This document shows positions 39,201-53,000 of a stretch of DNA of 64,000 bases, piece by piece. This DNA is from the human T2T-CHM13v2.0 reference genome, Homo sapiens, in the NCBI RefSeq assembly GCF_009914755.1, contig NC_060926.1; one strand, 5' to 3'. The stretch's first letter is position 1. Each line of letters begins with the position of its first letter. The position numbers and the translations under genes are program-made. Below the pieces are notes generated by a model. That model did no database searches and had not been told where the DNA came from. It saw only the letters and a list, made by a program, of their open reading frames with translations.

Positions 39201-42200
39201 CCTGAAAACTAGACAGAAGCATTCTCAGAAACTTATTTGTGATGTGCACCCTCAACTAACAGTGTTGAAGCTTTCTTTTGACAGAGCAGTTTGAAACACT
39301 CTTTTTGTAAAATCTCCAAGAGGATATTTGCATAGCTTTGAGGATTTCGGTGGAAATGGGATTGTCTTCATATAAACTCTAGACAGTAGCATTCTCAGAA
39401 GCTTCATTGGGATGTTTCAATTGAAGTCACAGTGTTGAACAGTCCGTTTCATAGAGCAGGTTTGAAACACTCTTTTTGTAGTATCTGGAAGTGGACATTT
39501 GGAGCGCTCTCAAGACTACGGTGAAAAAGGAAATATCTTCCAATAAAAGCTAGATAGAAGCAATGTCAGAAACTTTTTCATGATGTATCTACTCAGCTAA
39601 CAGAGTTGAACCTTTTTTTTGAGAGAGCAGTTTTGAAACACTCTTTTTGTTCGATCTGCAGGTGGATATTTGTCTAGGTTTGAGGATTTCGTTGGAAACG
39701 GGATTACATATAAAAAACAGACAGCAGCATTCCCAGAAACTTCTTTGTGATGTTTGCATTCAAGTCACAGAGTTGAACATTCCCTTTCGTAGAGCAGGTT
39801 TGAAACACTCTTTTTGTAGTATCTGGATGTGGACATTTGGAGCGCTCTCAGGCCTATGGTGAAAAAGGAAATATCTTCCCCTGGAAACTACACAGAAGCA
39901 TTCTCAGAAACTTATTTGTGATGTGCGCCCTCAACTAACAATGTTGAACCTTTCTGTTGATAGAGTAGTTTTGAAACACTCTTCTTGTAAAATCTGCAAG
40001 AGGATATTTGGATAGCTTTGAGGATTTCGTTGGAAACGGGATTGTCTTCATATTAACCCTAGACAGTAGCATTCTCAGAAGGTTCATTGGGATGTTTCAA
40101 TTGAAGTCACAGTGTTGAACAGTCACTTTCATAGAGCAGGTTTGAAACACTCTTTTTGTAGCATCTGGAAGTGGACATTTGGAGCGCTCTCAGGACTACG
40201 GTGAAAAAGGAAATATCTTCCAATAAAAGCTAGATAGAAGCAATGTCAGAAACTTTTTCATGATGTATCTACTCAGCTAAAAGAGTTGAACCTTTCTTTT
40301 GTGAGAGCAGTCTTGAAACACTATTTTTGTGGAATCTGCAAGTGGATATTTGTCTAGCTTTGAGGATTTCGTTGGAAACGAGATTACATATAAAAAGCAG
40401 ACAGCAGCATTCCCAGAAACTACTTTGTGAAATTTGCATTCAAGTCACAGACTTGAACATTCCCTTTCATAGAGCAGGTTTGAAACACTCTTTTTGTAGT
40501 ATCTGGATGTGGACGTTTGGAGCGCTTTCAGGCCTACGGTGAAAAAGGAAATATCTTCCCCTGAAAACTATACAGAAGCATTCTCAGAAACTTATTTGTG
40601 ATGTGCGCCCTCAACTAACAGTGTTGAAGCTTTCTTTTGATAGAGCAGTTTTGAAACACTCTTTTTGTAAAATCTGCAAGAGGATATTTGGATAGCTTTG
40701 AGGATTTCGTTGGAAACGGGATTGTCTTCATATAGAATCTAGACAGAAGCATTCTCAGAAGCTTCATTCGGATGTTTCAATTGAAGTCACAGTGTTGAAC
40801 AGTCCCTTTCATAGAGCATGTTTGAAACACTCTTTTTGTAGTATCTGGAAGTGGACATTTGGAGCGTTCTCAGGACGACAGTGAAAAAGGAAATATCTTC
40901 CAACAAAAGCTAGATAGAAGAAATGTCAGAAAATTTTTCATGATGTATCTACTCAGCTAACAGAGTTGAACCTTTCTTTGGAGAGAGTAGTTTTGAAACA
41001 CTCTTTTTGTGGAATCTGCAAGTGGATATTTGTCTAGTTTTGAGGATTGCGTTGGAAACGGTATTACATATAAAAAGCAGACAGCAGCATTCCCAGAAAC
41101 TTCTTTGTGATATTTGCATTGAAGTCACAGACTTGAACATTCCGTTTCATAGAGCAGGTTTGAAACACTCTTTTTGTAGTATCTGGATGTGGACATTTGG
41201 AGCGCTTTCAGGCCTATGGTGAAAAAGGAAATATCTTCCCCTGAAAACTAGACAGAAGCATTCTCAGAAACTTATTTGTCATGTGCGCCCTCAACTAACA
41301 GTGTTGAACCTTTCTTTTGATAGAGCAGTTTTGATACACTCTTTTTGTAAAATCCGCAAGAGGATATTTGGATAGCTTTGAGGATTACGTTGGAAACGGG
41401 ATTGTCTTCATATAGAATCTAGACAGAATCATTCTCAGAAGCTTCATTGGGATGTTTCAATTGAAGTCACAGTGTTGAACAGTCCCTTTCATAGAGCAGA
41501 TTTGAAACACTCTTTTTGTAGTATCTGGAAGTGGACATTTGGAGCGCTCTCAGGACTACAGTGAAAAAGGAAATATCTTCCAATAAAAGCTAGATAGAAG
41601 CAATGTCAGAAAATTTTTCATGATGTATCTACTCAGCTAACAGGGTTGAACCTTTCTTTTGAGAGAGCAGTTTTGAAACACTCTTTTTGTGGAATCTGCA
41701 AGTGGATATTTGTCTAGCTTTGAGGATTGCGTTGGAAACGGGATTACATATAAAAAGCAGACAGCAGCATTCCCAGAAACTTCTTTGTGATATTTGCATT
41801 CAAGTCACAGACTTGAACATTCCCTTCCATAGAGCGGGTTTGAAACACTCTTTTTGTAGTATCTGGATGTGGACATTTGGAGCGCTTTCAGGCCTATGGT
41901 GAAAAAGGAAATATCTTCCCCTGAAAACTAGACAGAAGCATTCTCAGAATCTTATTTGTGATGTGCGCCCTCAACTAACAGTGTTGAAGCTTTCTTTTGA
42001 TAGAGCAGTTTTGAAACACTCTTTTTGTAAAATCTGCAAGAGGATATTTGGATAGCTTTGAGGATTTCGTTGGAAACGGGATTGTCTTCATATAAAATCT
42101 AGACAGAAGCATTCTCAGAAGCTTCATTGGGATGTTTCAATTGAAGTCACAGTGTTGAACAGTCCCTTTCATAGAGCACGTTTGAAACAATCTTTTTGTA
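27240..42200 (+). repeat. Tandem duplication of 11 HORs (period 7,477 bp)
   Basis: All ORF variants from 27413 to 34210 recur at +7477 (34890 to 41687). The junction lies at about 34713-34750. Confidence 0.92.
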
Positions 42201-43726
42201 GTATCTGGAAGTGGACATTTGGAGCGTTCTCAGGACTACGGTGAAAAAGGAAATATCTTCCAAATAAAGCTAGATAGAAGCAATGTCAGAAAATTTTTCA
42301 TGATGTATCTACTCAGCTAACAGAGTTGAACCTTTCTTTTGACAGAGCAGTTTTGAAACACTCTTTTTGTGGAATCTGCAAGTGGATATTTGTCTAGATT
42401 TGAGGATTTCGTTGGAAACGGGATTACATATAAAAAGCAGACAGCAGCATTCCCAGAAACTTCTTTGTGATATTTGCATTCAAGTCACAGACTTGAACAT
42501 TCCCTTTCATAGAGCAGGTTTGAAACACTCTTTTTGTAGTATCTGGATGTGGACATTTGGAGCGCTTTCAGGCCTATGGTGAAAAAGGAAATATCTTCCC
42601 CTGAAAACTAGACAGAAGCATTCTCAGAAACTAATTTGTGATGTGCGCCCTCAACTAACAGTGTTGAAGCTTTCTTTTGATAGAGCAGATTTGAAACACT
42701 CTTTTTGTAAAATCTGCAAGAGGATATTTGGATAGCTTTGAGGATTTCGTTGGAAACGGGATTGTCTTCATATACAATCTAGACAGAAGCATTCTCAGAA
42801 GCTTCATTGGGATGTTTCAATTGAAGTCACAGTGTTGAACAGTCCCTTTCGTAGAGCAGGTTTGAAACACTCTTTTTGTAATATCTGGAAGTGGACATTT
42901 GGAGCGTTCTCAGGACTATGGTGAAAAAGGAAATATCTTCCAATAAAAGCTAGATAGAAGCAATGTCAGAAACTTTTTCATGATGTATCTACTCAGCTAA
43001 AAGAGTTGAACCTTTCTTTTGAGAGAGCAGTTTTGAAACACTATTTTTGTGGAATCTGCAAGTGGATATTTGTCTAGCTTTGAGGATTTCGTTGGAAACG
43101 GGATTACATATAAAAAGCAGACAGCAGCATTCCGAGAAAGCTCTTTGTGAAATTTGCATTCAAGTCACAGACTTGAACATTCCCTTTCATAGAGCAGGTT
43201 TGAAACACTCTTTTTGTAGTATCTGGATGTGGACATTTGGAGCGCTTTCAGGCCTATGGTGAAAAAGGAAATATCTTCCCCTGAAAACTAGACAGAAGCA
43301 TTCTCAGAAACTTATTTGTGATGTGCGCCCTCAACTAACGGTGTTGAAGCTTTCTTTTGATAGAGCAGTTTTGAAACACTCTTTTTGTAAAATCTGCAAG
43401 AGGATATTTGGATAGCTTTGAGGATTTCGTTGGAAACGGGATTGTCTTCATATAGAATCTAGACAGAAGCATTCTCAGAAGCTTCATTGGGATGTTTCAA
43501 TTGAAGTCACAGTGTTGAACAGTCCCTTTCATAGAGCAGGTTTGAAACACTCTTTTTGTAGTATCTGGAGGTGGACATTTGGAGCGTTCTCAGGACTACA
43601 GTGGAAAAGGAAATATCTTCCAGTAAAAGCTAGATAGAAGCAATGTCAGAAAATTTTTCATGATGTATCTACTCAGCTAACAGAGTTGAACCTTTCTTTT
43701 GAGAGAGCAGTTTTGAAACACTCTTT

Positions 43727-44064
43727 TTGTGGAATCTGCAAGTGGATATTTGTCTAGGTTTGAGGATTGCGTTTGAAACGGGATTACATATAAAAAGCAG
43801 ACAGCAGCATTCCCAGAAACTTCTTTGTGATGTTTGCATTCAAGTCACAGAGTTGAACATTCCCTTTCATAGAGCAGGTTTGAAACACTCTTTTTGTAGT
43901 ATCTGGAAGTGGACATTTGGAGCGCTCTCAGGACTACGGTGAAAAAGGAAATATCTTCCAATAAAAGCTAGATAGAAGCAAAGTCAGAAACTTTTTAATG
44001 ATCTATCTACTCAGCTAACAGAGTTGAACCTTTCTTTTGAGAGAGCAGTTTTGAAACACTCTTT
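43727..44064 (+). repeat. 2-mer (338 bp) structural variant of the HOR
   Basis: The period drops to 338 bp (43727 to 44065) and the monomer is a hybrid that switches type within 43861-43907. Confidence 0.92.
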
Positions 44065-47000
44065 TGGTGGAATCTGCAAGTGGATATTTGTCTAGCTTTG
44101 AGGATTGCGTTGGAAACGGGATTACATTGAAAAAGCAGACAGCAGCATTCCCAGAAACATCTTTGTGATGTTTGCATTCAAGTCACAGAGTTGAACATTC
44201 CCTTTCATAGAGCAGGTTGGAAACACTCTTTTTGTAGTATCTGGATGTGGACATTTGGAGCGCTTTCAGGCCTATGGTGAAAAAGGAAATATCTTAACCT
44301 GAAAACTAGACAGAAGCATTCTCAGAATCTTATTTGTGATGTGCGCACTCAACTAACAGTGTTGAAGCTTTCTTTCGATAGAGCAGTTTTGAAACACTCT
44401 TTTTGTAAAATCTGCAAGAGGATATTTGGATAGCTTTGAGGATTTCGTTGGAAACGGGATTGTCTTCATATAAACTCTAGACAGAAGCATTCTCAGAAGC
44501 TTCATTGGGATGTTTCAATTGAAGTCACAGTGTTGAACAGTCCCTTTCATAGAGCAGGTTTGAAACACTCTTTTTGTAGTATCTGGAAGTGGACATTTGG
44601 AGCGCTCTCAGGACTACGGTGAAAAAGGAAATATCTTCCAATAAAAGCTAGATAGAAGCAATGTCAGAAACATTTTCATGATGCATCTACTCAGCTAATA
44701 GAGTTGAACCTTTCTTTTGACAGAGCAGTTTTGAAACACTCTTTTTGTGGAATCTGCAAGTGGATATTTGTCTAGCTTTGAGGATTTCGTTGGAAACGGG
44801 ATTACATATAAAAAGCAGATAGCAGCATTACCAGAAAGTTCTTTGTGAAATTTGCATTCAAGTCACAGACTTGAACATTTCCTTTCATAGAGCAGGTTTG
44901 AAACACTCTTTTTGTAGTATCTGGATGTGGACATTTGGAGCGCTTTCAGGCCTATGGTGAAAAAGGAAATATCTTCCCCTGAAAACTAGACAGAATCATT
45001 CTCAGAAACTTATTTGTGATGTGCGCCCTCAACTAACAGTGTTGAAGCTTTCTTTTGATAGAGCAGTTTTGAAACACTCTTTTTGTAAAATCTGCAAGAG
45101 GATATTTGGATAGCTTGGAGGATTTCGTTGGAAACGGGATTGTCTTCATATTAACCCTAGACAGTTGCATTCTCAGAAGCTTCATTGGGATGTTTCAATT
45201 GAAGTCACAGTGTTGAACAGTCCCTTTCATAGAGCAGGTTTGAAACACTCTTTTTGTAGCATCTGGAAGTGGACATTTGGAGCGTTCTCAGGACTACGGT
45301 GAAAAAGGAAATATCTTCCAATAAAAGCTAGATAGAAGCAATGTCAGAAACTTTTTCATGATGTATCTACTCAGCTAAAAGAGTTGAACCTTTCTTTTGA
45401 GAGAGCAGTTTTGAAACACTATTTTTGTGGAATCTGCAAGTGGATATTTGTCTAGCTTAGAGGATTTCGTTGGAAACGGGATTACATATAAAAAGCAGAC
45501 AGCAGCATTCCCAGAAAGTTCTTTGTGAAATTTGCATTCAAGTCACAGACTTGAACATTCCCTTTCACAGAGCAGGTTTGAAACACTCTTTTTGTAGTAT
45601 CTGGATGCGGACATTTGGAGCGCTTTCAGGCCTATGGTGAAAAAGGAAATATCTTCCCCTGAAAACAAGACAGAAGCATTCTCAGAATCTTATTTGTGAT
45701 GTGCGCCCTCAACTAACAGTGTTGAAGCTTTCTTTTGATAGAGCAGTTTTGAAACACTCTTTTTGTAAAATCTGCAAGAGGATATTTGGATAGCTTTGAG
45801 GATTTCGTTGGAAACGGGATTGTCTTCATATAGAATCTAGACAGAAGCATTCTCAGAAGCTTCATTGGGATGTTTCAATTGAAGTCACAGTGTTGAACAG
45901 TCCCTTTCATAGAGCAGGTTTGAAACACTCTTTTTGTAGTATCTGGAAGTGGACATTTGGAGCGCTCTCAGGACTACGGTGAAAAAGGAAATATCTTCCA
46001 ATAAAAGCTAGATAGAAGCAATGTCAGAAACTTTTTCATGATGTATCTACTCAGCTAACAGAGTTGAACCTTTGTTTTGAGAGAGCCGTTTTGAAACACT
46101 CTTTTTGTGGAATCTGCAAGTGGATATTTGTCTAGCTTTGAGGATTTCGTTGGAAACGGGATTACATATAAAAAGCAGACAGCAGCATTCACAGAAACTT
46201 GTTTGTGATGTTTGCATTCAAGTCACAGAGTTGAACATTCCCTTTCATAGAGCAGGTTTGAAACACTCTTTTTGTAGTATCTGGATGTGGACATTTGGAG
46301 CGCTTTCAGGCCTATGGTGAAAAAGGAAATATCTTCCCCTGAAAACTAGACAGAAGCATTCTCAGAAACTTATTTGTGATGCGCGCCCTCAACTAACAGT
46401 GTTGAAGCTTTCTTTTGATAGAGCAGTTTTTAAACACTCTTTTTGTAAAATCTGCAAGAGGATATTTGGATAGCTTTGAGGATTTCGTTGGAAACGGGAT
46501 TGTCTTCATATTAACCCTAGACAGTAGCATTCTCAGAAGCTTCATTGGGATGTTTCAATTGAAGTCACAGTGTTGAACAGTCCCTTTCATAGAGCAGGTT
46601 TGAAACACTCTTTTTGTAGCATCTGGAAGTGGACATTTGGAGCGTTCTCAGGACTACGGTGAAAAAGGAAATATCTTCCAATAAAAGCTAGATAGAAGCA
46701 ATATCATAAACTTTTTCATGATGTATCTACTCAGCTAAAAGAGTTGAACCTTTCTTTTGAGAGAGCAGTTTTCAAACACTCTTTTTGTGGAATCTGCAAG
46801 TGGATATTTGTCTGGCTTTGAGGATTTCGTTGGAAACGGGATTACATATAAAAAGCAGACAGCAGCATTCCCAGAAAGTTCTTTGTGAAATTTGCATTCA
46901 AGTCACAGACTTGAACATTCCCTTTCATAGAGGAGGTTTGAAACACTCTTTTTGTAGTATCTGGATGTGGACATTTGGAGCGCTCTCAGGCCTATGGTGA

Positions 47001-50000
47001 AAAAGGAAATATCTTCCCCTGAAAACTAGACAGAAGCATTCTCAGAATCTTATTTGTGATGTGCGCCCTCAACTAACAGTGTTGAACCTTTCTTTTGATA
47101 GAGCAGTTTTGAAACACTCTTTTTGTAAAATCTGCAAGAGGATATTTGGATAGCTTTGAGGATTTCGTTGGAAACGGGATTGTCTTCATATAGAATCTAG
47201 ACAGAAGCATTCTCAGAAGCTTCATTGGGATGTTTCAATTGAAGTCACAGTGTTGAACAGTCCCTTTCATAGAGCAGGTTTGAAACACTGTTTTTGTAGT
47301 ATCTGGAAGTGGACATTTGGAGCGTTCTCAGGACTACAGAGAAAAAGGAAATATCTACCAATAAAAGCTAGATAGAAGCAATGTCAGAAAATTTTTCATG
47401 ATGTATCTACTCAGCTAACAGAGTTGAACCTTTCTTTTGACAGAGCAGTTTTGAAACACTCTTTTTGTGGAATCTGCAAGTGGATATTTGTCTAGCTTTG
47501 AGGATTTCGTTGGAAACGGGATTACATATAAAAAGCAGACAGCAGCATTCCCAGAAACTTCTTTGTGATATTTGCATTCAAGTCACAGACTTGAACATTC
47601 CCTTTCATAGAGTAGGTTTGAAACACTCTTTTTGTAGTATCTGGATGTGGACATTTGCAGCGCTTTCAGGCCTATGGTGAAAAAGGAAATATCTTCCCCT
47701 GAAAACTAGACAGAAGCATTCTCAGAAACTTATTTGTGATGTGCGCCCTCAACTAACAGTGTTGAAGCTTTCTTTTGATAGAGCAGTTTTGAAACACTCT
47801 TTTTGTAAAATCTGCAAGAGGATATTTGGATAGCTTGGAGGATTTCGTTGGAAACGGGATTGTCTTCATATTAACCCTAGACAGTTGCATTCTCAGAAGC
47901 TTCATTGGGATGTTTCAATTGAAGTCACAGTGTTGAACAGTCCCTTTCATAGAGCAGGTTTGAAACACTCTTTTTGTAGCATCTGGAAGTGGACATTTGG
48001 AGCGTTCTCAGGACTACGGTGAAAAAGGAAATATCTTCCAATAAAAGCTACATAGAAGCAATGTCAGAAACTTTTTCATGATGTATCTACTCAGCTAAAA
48101 GAGTTGAACCTTTCTTTTGAGAGAGCAGTTTTGAAACACTATTTTTGTGGAATCTGCAAGTGGATATTTGTCTAGCTTTGAGGATTTCGTTGGAAACGGG
48201 ATTACATATAAAAAGCAGACAGCAGCATTCCCAGAAAGTTCTTTTTGAAATTTGCATTCAAGTCACAGACATGAACATTCCCTTTCATAGAGCAGGTTTG
48301 AAACACTCTTTTTGTAGTATCTGGATGCGGACATTTGGAGCGCTTTCAGGCCTATGGTGAAAAAGGAAATATCTTCCCCTGAAAACAAGACAGAAGCATT
48401 CTCAGAATCTTATTTGTGATGTGCGCCCTCAACTAACAGTGTTGAAGCTTTCTTTTGATAGAGCAGTTTTGAAACACTCTTTTTGTAAAATCTGCAAGAG
48501 GATATTTGGATAGCTTTGAGGATTTCGTTGGAAACGGGATTGTCTTCATATAGAATCTAGACAGAAGCATTCTCAGAAGCTTCATTGGGATGTTTCAATT
48601 GAAGTCACAGTGTTGAACAGTCCCTTTCATAGAGCAGGTTTGAAACACTCTTTTTGTAGTATCTGGAAGTGGACATTTGGAGCGCTCTCAGGACTACGGT
48701 GAAAAAGGAAATATCTTCCAATAAAAGCTAGATAGAAGCAATGTCAGAAACTTTTTCATGATGTATCTACTCAGCTAACAGAGTTGAACCTTTCTTTTGA
48801 GAGAGCCGTTTTGAAACACTCTTTTTGTGGAATCTGCAAGTGGATATTTGTCTAGCTTTGAGGATTTCTTTGGAAACGGGATTATATATAAAAAGCAGAC
48901 AGCAGCATTCCCAGAAACTTCTTTGTGATGTTTGCATTCAAGTCACAGAGTTGAACATTCCCTTTCATAGAGCAGGTTTGAAACACTCTTTTTGTAGTAT
49001 CTGGATGTGGACATTTGGAGCGCTCTCAGGCCTATGGTGAAAAAGGAAATATCTTCCCCTGAAAACTAGACAGAAGCATTCTCAGAAACTTATTTGTGAT
49101 GTTCGCCCTCAACTAACAGTGTTGAACTTTTCTTTTGATAGAGCAGTTTTGAAACACTCTTTTTGTAAAATCTGCAAGAGGATATTTGGATAGCTTTGAG
49201 GATTTCGTTGGAAACGGGATTGTCTTCATATAAAATCTAGACAGAAGCATTCTCAGAAGCTTCATTGGGATGTTTCAATTGAAGTCACAGTGTTGAACAG
49301 TCCCTTTCATAGAGCATGTTTGAAACAATCTTTTTGTAGTATCTGGAAGTGGACATTTGGAGCGCTCTCAGGACTACGGTGAAAAAGGAAATATCTTCCA
49401 AATAAAGCTAGATAGAAGCAATGTCAGAAAATTTTTCATGATGTATCTATTCAGCTAACAGAGTTGAACCTTTCTTTTGACAGAGCAGTTTTGAAACACT
49501 CTTTTTGTGGAATCTGCAAGTGGATATTTGTCTAGCTTTGAGGATTTCGTTGGAAACGGGATTACATATAAAAAGCAGACAGCAGCATTCCCAGAAACTT
49601 CTTTGTGATATTTGCATTCAAGTCACAGACTTGAACATTCCCTTTCATAGAGTAGGTTTGAAACACTCTTTTTGTAGTATCTGGATGTGGACATTTGGAG
49701 CGCTTTCCGGCCTATGGTGAAAAAGGAAATATCTTCCCCTGAAAACTAGACAGAAGCATTCTCAGAAACTTATTTGTGATGTGCGCCCTCAACTAACAGT
49801 GTTGAAGCTTTCTTTTGATAGAGCAGTTTTGAAACACTCTTTTTGTAAAATCTGCAAGAGGATATTTGGATAGCTTTGAGGATTTCGTTGGAAACGGGAT
49901 TGTCTTCATATACAATCTAGACAGAAGCATTCTCAGAAGCTTCATTGGGATGTTTCAATTGAAGTTACAGTGTTGAACACTCCCTTTCGTAGAGCAGGTT

Positions 50001-53000
50001 TGAAACACTCTTTTTGTAATATCTGGAAGTGGACATTTGGAGCGTTCTCAGGACTATGGTGAAAAAGGAAATAACTTCCAATAAAAGCTAGATAGAAGCA
50101 ATGTCAGAAACTTTTTCATGATGTATCTACTCAGCTAACAGAGTTGAACCTTTCTTTTGAGAGAGCCGTTTTGAAACACTCTTTTTGTGGAATCTGCAAG
50201 TGGATATTTGTCTAGCTTTGAGGATTTCGTTGGAAACGGGATTACATATAAAAAGCAGACAGCAGCATTCCCAGAAACTTCTTTGTGATGTTTGCATTCA
50301 AGTCACAGAGTTGAACATTCCCTTTCATAGAGCAGGTTTGAAACACTCTTTTTGTAGTATCTGGATGTGGACATTTGGAGCGCTTTCAGGCCTATGGTGA
50401 AAAAGGAAATATCTTCCCCTGAAAACTAGACAGAAGCATTCTCAGAAACTTATTTGTAATGTGCGCCCTCAACTAACAGTGTTAAACCTTTCTTTTGATA
50501 GAGTAGTTTTGAAACACTCTTTGTAAAATCTGCAAGAGGATATTTTGATAGCTTTGAGGATTTCTTTGGAAACGGGATTGTCTTCATATAAAATCTAGAC
50601 AAAAGCATTCTCAGAAGCTTCATTGGGATGTTTCAATTGAAGTCACAGTGTTGAACAGTCCCTTTCATAGAGCATGTTTGAAACACTCTTTTTGTAGTAT
50701 CTGGAAGTTGACATTTGGAGCGTTTTCAGGACTACGGTGAAAAAGGAAATATCTTCCAAATAAAGCTAGATAGAAGCAATGTCAGAAAATTTTTCATGAT
50801 GTATCTACTCAGCTAACAGAATTTAACCTTTCTTTTGAGAGAGAAGTTTTGAAACACTCTTTTTGTGGAATCTGCAAGTGGATATTTGTCTAGGTTTGAG
50901 GATTTCGTTGGAAACCGGATTACATATGAAAAGCAGACAGCAGCATTCCCAGAAACTTCTTTGTGATGTTTGCATTCAAGTCACAGAGTTGAACATTCCC
51001 TTTCATAGAGCAGGTTTGAAACACTCTTTTTGTAGTATCTGGATGTGGACATTTGGAGCGCTTTCAGGCCTATGGTGAAAAAGGAAATATCTTCCCCTGA
51101 AAACTAGACAGAAGCATTCTCAGAAACTTATTTGTGATGTGCACCCTCAACTAACAGTGTTGAAGCTTTCTTTTGACAGAGCAGTTTGAAACACTCTTTT
51201 TGTAAAATCTGCAAGAGGATATTTGGATTGCTTTGAGGATTTCGGAGGAAATGGGATTGTCTTCATATAAACTCTAGACAGTAGCATTCTCAGAAGCTTC
51301 ATTGGGATGTTTCAATTGAAGTCACAGTGTTGAACAGTCCGTTTCATAGAGCAGGTTTGAAACACTCTTTTTGTAGTATCTGGAAGTGGACATTTGGAGC
51401 GCTCTCAGGACTACGGTGAAAAAGGAAATATCTTCCAATAAAAGCTAGATAGAAGCAATGTCAGAAACTTTTTCATGATGTATCTACTCAGCTAACAGAG
51501 TTGAACCTTTTTTTTGAGAGAGCAGTTTTGAAACACTCTTTTTGTTCGATCTGCAGGTGGATATTTGTCTAGGTTTGAGGATTTCGTTGGAAACGGGATT
51601 ACATATAAAAAACAGACAGCAGCATTCCCAGAAACTTCTTTGTGATGTTTGCATTCAAGTCACAGAGTTGAACATTCCCTTTCATAGAGCAGGTTTGAAA
51701 CACTATTTTTGTAGTATCTGGATGTGGACATTTGGAGCGCTCTCAGGCCTATGGTGAAAAAGGAAATATCTTCCCCTGCAAACTAGACAGAAGCATTCTC
51801 AGAAACTTATTTGTGATGTGGGCCCTCAACTAACAATGTTGAACCTTTCTGTTGATAGAGTAGTTTTGAAACACTCTTTTTGTAAAATCTGCAAGAGGAT
51901 ATTTGGATAGCTTTGAGGATTTCGTTGGAAACGGGATTGTCTTCATATTAACCCTAGACAGTAGCATTCTCAGAAGGTTCATTGGGATGTTTCAATTGAA
52001 GTCACAGTGTTGAACAATCACTTTCATAGAGCAGGTTTGAAACACTCTTTTTGTAGCATCTGGAAGTGGACATTTGGAGCGCTCTCAGGACTACGGTGAA
52101 AAAGGAAATATCTTCCAATAAAAGCTAGATAGAAGCAATGTCAGAAACTTTTTCATGATGTATCTACTCAGCTAAAAGAGTTGAACCTTTCTTTTCTGAG
52201 AGCAGTTTTGAAACACTATTTTTGTGGAATCTGCAAGTGGATATTTGTCTAGCTTTGAGGATTCCGTTGGAAACGGGATTACATAGAAAAAGCAGACAGC
52301 AGCATTCCCAGAAACTTCTTTGTGAAATTTGCATTCAAGTCACAGACTTGAACATTCCCTTTCATAGAGCAGGTTTGAAACACTCTTTTTGTAGTATCTG
52401 GATGTGGACGTTTGGAGCGCTTTCAGGCCTATGGTGAAAAAGGAAATATCTTCCCCTGAAAACTAGACAGAAGCATTCTCAGAAACTTATTTGTGATGTG
52501 CGCCCTCAACTAACAGTGTTGAACCTTTCTTTTGATAGAGTAGTTTTGAAACACTCTTTTTGTAAAATCTGCAAGAGGATATTTGGATAGCTTTGAGTAT
52601 TTCGTTGGAAACGGGATTGTCTTCATATAAACTCTAGACAGTAGCATTCTGAGAAGCTTCATTGGGATGTTTCAATTGAAGTCACAGTGTTGAACAGTCC
52701 CTTTCATAGAGCAGGTTTGAAACACTCTTTTTGTAGCATCTGGAAGTGGACATTTGGAGCGCTCTCAGGACTACGGTGAAAAAGGAAATATCTTCCAATA
52801 AAAGCTAGATAGAAGCAATGTGAGAAACTTTTTCATGATGTATCTACTCAGCTAAAAGAGTTGAACCTTTCTTTTGAGAGAGCAGTTTTGAAACACTCTT
52901 TTTGTGGAATCTGCAAGTGGATATTTGTCTAGCTTTGAGGACTTCTTTGGAAACGGGATTACATATAAAAAGCAGACAGCAGCATTCCCAGAAACTTCTT

